Source of the DNA: a virus
Lineage: Duplodnaviria; Caudoviricetes
IMG/VR virus record: IMGVR_UViG_3300005521_000007
Location: 1-30,584 of that record
Length of the DNA: 30,584 bases
Direction: 5' to 3' (one strand)
Shown here: one piece after another, positions 27,978 to 30,584 of the stretch
Layout of the letters: the number at the start of each line of letters is the position of its first letter
Numbering within the stretch: the first letter of the stretch is position 1
Notes under the pieces: model-generated
What the model was told of the DNA's origin: nothing
The model's input: only the letters and a program-made list of their open reading frames with translations
The model's database searches: none
Translations under genes and position numbers: made by a program

Positions 27978-28632
27978 TTGCCATGAACCTATCAAAATAG
28001 ACCTTCCCGTTCCAATCATAATAGAACTGTTTTGTTTTACCTGAGTATGTGGTGTCTTTTAGTCCTGCATTTTCTATTAATGCTTTCTCACTATCAACAC
28101 AATTAATACCATACATCTCTTCTATTACATTAGAGTTTTGAACAGCAAATATAGCATGTTTGTTTGCTGTCTTTAAATCTTTCAATGGATACATTTGCTC
28201 TGCTCCCATTGTAATAACTACATCAACCTTCAATTGATTTAGTTCGTCAAATGCGAATGGAATGTCCATGTTCCAGTGATTTATTTTTATGTATTCTTCT
28301 GCTATATAATGCTTATTAAACACCTTAGAGAGCTCTAAAGCTTCTTTATCGATGTCAACTAGGTGCATTTCACCTATGGATAAGTTCTCACATAAGAGAG
28401 GAACTAAAGGAATGCCTAACCAGCTGTTTAATACAAGAACATTAAATTGTTCCTCTTTCATATAGTCGCCTAAACTATTTTTAAGTTCTTCAACTAGCCA
28501 TATAGCAGCTTCCATTGTATTAGGATTTAATGCCTGTCTAAAGTCATCATGCTTATGTTTCATCTCATGCTCTACTTTAGCAAGAGCATCGCCCCAATGT
28601 TGTAAGTTATTTAAAAAATTAAAATTTAACAT
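27964..28632 (-). CDS. Class I SAM-dependent methyltransferase-like protein with degenerate motif I (probable start 28632, MLNFNF)
   Basis: VLVLNSWLG (motif I position), HLVDID..A, DVVIT.GAEQM, QNSN, INCV.S and final RFMAIG follow a Rossmann MTase-like layout. Confidence 0.6.
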   Translation of the reverse strand: MLNFNFLNNLQHWGDALAKVEHEMKHKHDDFRQALNPNTMEAAIWLVEELKNSLGDYMKEEQFNVLVLNSWLGIPLVPLLCENLSIGEMHLVDIDKEALELSKVFNKHYIAEEYIKINHWNMDIPFAFDELNQLKVDVVITMGAEQMYPLKDLKTANKHAIFAVQNSNVIEEMYGINCVDSEKALIENAGLKDTTYSGKTKQFYYDWNGKVYFDRFMAIGTK

Positions 28633-29299
28633 CTTCTTTTCTTCCCATTGAATCAAATAAACAGACATATGGTATTTGTCTGAATACATGTTTTTCTATA
28701 TCATGTGGAAATATATAGCCTTGGTTATAACTATAAAACCACCCTAAAGGAAAGTATTTAATTCTTGCTACACCTTTGTGCATAAAGAAGTTATCTAATC
28801 CCCGATAGTACCATAAGATTTTTTCTTTGTGTGATTTAAAATAAAGAGTAATATTCTCTTTATCTAAATTGTCGTTCCATCTTAATATACTAGAATTTAA
28901 ATCTGTATATCTGTGAGGAACATGTTCTGTTTCTTTCTTTTGTGTTTCTAAATCATGCCAATGTGTTTGGCCAAAACATAGACAGTCTTCAGGATCAAAG
29001 TTTACTATATCATCTATGTTCTTTTGAATAATAATATCTAAGTCAAAGAATAAGTTCTCACCTTTTTGTCTTACAACATTATCATCAAACAAGTACATCT
29101 TATTCCACCACTTCTCTAACTTATTATCTTTAGGAAATGGAATTATATTAACATCAGGATTAATTCCTTTTGCGTTTTCTGTTAAACAGTAAAATGTAAA
29201 GCTTTGAGATATAGATTCCAGACAGGATTCGTATATCTTGTTCACATGATTGGCAGAATATTTACTGCCCCATTTTACTGTATAAATGTTCATTGCCAA
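28619..29299 (-). CDS. Glycosyltransferase-like protein (GT-A, DxD)
   Basis: TVKWGSKYS..HVN, FYCLTE, WWNKMYLF, LFFDLDIII and NSSILRW. Confidence 0.78.
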   Translation of the reverse strand: MAMNIYTVKWGSKYSANHVNKIYESCLESISQSFTFYCLTENAKGINPDVNIIPFPKDNKLEKWWNKMYLFDDNVVRQKGENLFFDLDIIIQKNIDDIVNFDPEDCLCFGQTHWHDLETQKKETEHVPHRYTDLNSSILRWNDNLDKENITLYFKSHKEKILWYYRGLDNFFMHKGVARIKYFPLGWFYSYNQGYIFPHDIEKHVFRQIPYVCLFDSMGRKEDVKF

Positions 29300-30102
29300 T
29301 GCTTTAATAACTCCGGATCTACTAGTTCGTTCTGTTTTACTTTGCCTCTATCTGGTGTTGGTTGTGGTAGTAGATCAATATTAAATACACAGAGAATAGG
29401 TGTTTCCCTATATATCTCTGTGGTTAAATCATCATCTTGCCAACTACGGCCTCGGTTATACGAGTACGCATAGTCTGAAGGAAAGTGATCCCATAATTTT
29501 TTGCCCCAATCACCCCATCGCCATGAGTGATAGTTATCTGTTCCGTCTGTATATGTGAACCAAATCTTTTCTTGATTCTCTAATACATCATGCCATATAC
29601 ATTCTGCTTGATCGTCGGACCAAACTTGACAACTGCCATTAGTATATGCTCCATGAGATAATTTAAATCTCCGCGTCTTCATTGGGCGCGGGTCTTGCCA
29701 CCAGCTTCTTAACTTAGTTGGTCTTTCCATATTATAGGTCAATAAAGGCTCTATGTCATTTTGTATAATAACATCTAAATCAAAAAATATGAAACGACCT
29801 GTGGGTTTATCTTCAGCAAAGTTATGCGTATTGAATACCATTGTCTTAGGCCTATCCCAACATCTTGCCATACCATATTTAAAGTCGTCCTTTTGGAACC
29901 AATACTTAGGATGTATGTTAGGAATGTCTGGAAAAGGAATGACTTTTATATCATCATCAAAACCTTCAGCGTTATCTGTATAACAATAGAAATGGAAATC
30001 ATGTTTCGGATTACAATTTCTCTTTGACATATTTTTTAATTTGTTCACAAAATGAGGACCATATCTGTCGCCCCATTTTGAACATACTACATTAACTCTC
30101 AT
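29290..30102 (-). CDS. Glycosyltransferase-like protein (GT-A, DxD), paralog of its neighbour
   Basis: CSKWGDRYG..FVN.L, FYCYTDN, IFFDLDVII, NGSCQVW and YSYNRG. Confidence 0.78.
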   Translation of the reverse strand: MRVNVVCSKWGDRYGPHFVNKLKNMSKRNCNPKHDFHFYCYTDNAEGFDDDIKVIPFPDIPNIHPKYWFQKDDFKYGMARCWDRPKTMVFNTHNFAEDKPTGRFIFFDLDVIIQNDIEPLLTYNMERPTKLRSWWQDPRPMKTRRFKLSHGAYTNGSCQVWSDDQAECIWHDVLENQEKIWFTYTDGTDNYHSWRWGDWGKKLWDHFPSDYAYSYNRGRSWQDDDLTTEIYRETPILCVFNIDLLPQPTPDRGKVKQNELVDPELLKHWQ

Positions 30103-30418
30103 GATCCTTTGCCTTTATGAATACTCCGTCTACCATTTTGCCTTTACGATCTTTTATGTCGTCATAAGCAACCTGTAGACATTCTTCAAGTGTTATATTA
30201 TTTCGTACGCAAATGTTAATTAGTACAACCATTATATCTCCAACATCATCTCTAAGATCTTTGCCTTTACAGATGTTATCAGATAGTTCTCCACATTCTT
30301 GTATTAATTTACAAAATTGATCTTTATCATTTGCACCTTCAATTAAATTTCTATCTTTGTGCCACTTACCTACATAATAAATAAGATCGTCTAAATCCAT
30401 CATTTCATTGTTTATCAT
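30092..30418 (-). CDS. mazG: MazG-like nucleotide pyrophosphohydrolase
   Basis: W..DRNL, Q..KL.QE.GEL, D.VGD..VVL and CL..AYDDIKDRKGKMVDGVF.K, typical of the short phage MazG-like family. Confidence 0.85.
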   Translation of the reverse strand: MINNEMMDLDDLIYYVGKWHKDRNLIEGANDKDQFCKLIQECGELSDNICKGKDLRDDVGDIMVVLINICVRNNITLEECLQVAYDDIKDRKGKMVDGVFIKAKDHES

Positions 30419-30419
30419 A

Positions 30420-30584
30420 TTAACTTAACCTGCATATGACATAGTCCTTACCGTATTGGAGTTTATTTTTAGCAAGTTCATCCGTAACTTGCATTGTTTT
30501 AAAATCAAAGTCTGTAATATCTGCTCTTATAATGAGTACAGCAAACTCTGACTCTTTAATTATTGGTACATAGTTATCGTAGTC
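30420..30584 (-). CDS. Hypothetical protein, C-terminal fragment (enters from the window edge)
   Basis: Open frame DYDNYVPIIKESEFAVLIIRADITDFDFKTMQVTDELAKNKLQYGKDYVICRLS*, with the stop just before the MazG ATG. Confidence 0.6.
   Translation of the reverse strand, partial: DYDNYVPIIKESEFAVLIIRADITDFDFKTMQVTDELAKNKLQYGKDYVICRLS

Noticed and set aside
28633-28689. ORF-track start at 28689 for the MTase-like gene
   Set aside because: Would overlap the upstream GT by 71 nt; ATG 28632 has a purine-rich leader and a short overlap.
29671-29692. GC-rich inverted repeat CCGCG...CGCGG as a terminator
   Set aside because: Mid-CDS, long loop, no U-tract.
29204-30027. + strand ORFs at 29204, 29753 and 29824
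   Set aside because: Antisense to the glycosyltransferase genes.
1-30584. tRNA, rRNA, intron, intein, homing endonuclease or alternative genetic code
   Set aside because: Intergenic gaps are too short for RNA genes, no such motifs were seen, and long genes read through intact in the standard code with all three stop codons used.

Overview
AT-rich, densely packed 30.6 kb fragment of a T4-like (Tevenvirinae-superfamily, probably aquatic) myophage genome, covering the tail/baseplate late region. Leftward block: gp4, gp2, gp54-like, gp26, a short gp51-like ORF missing from the ORF track, and the start of a probable tape measure gene. Rightward block: gp48, gp53, hub, gp5, unknown, gp25, gp6, gp7, collar-like protein, gp8, a 2133-aa VrlC/DUF4815-like protein, small fibre proteins, a YTG-repeat protein, a glycosyltransferase and a dioxygenase-like gene. 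Next is a small sigma70-promoter island (unknown gene, ATP-dependent DNA ligase, membrane peptide), then a convergent operon (MazG-like, two paralogous glycosyltransferases, methyltransferase-like, membrane protein). At least nine perfect T4 late promoter motifs (TATAAATA) are visible. Main candidates for novelty: (1) a -1 programmed frameshift (T TTT TTC) joining gp26 to the gp51-like ORF just upstream of the tape-measure-like gene, a lambda G/GT-type arrangement; (2) a possible virion glycosylation/modification system (3 GTs, dioxygenase-like, MTase-like) next to Thr/Ser/Pro/Tyr-rich structural proteins; (3) a mirror-symmetric YTG repeat that could fold as a long needle hairpin; (4) probable leaderless late mRNAs. 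All assignments come from motif recognition and synteny by eye; no database searches were run.
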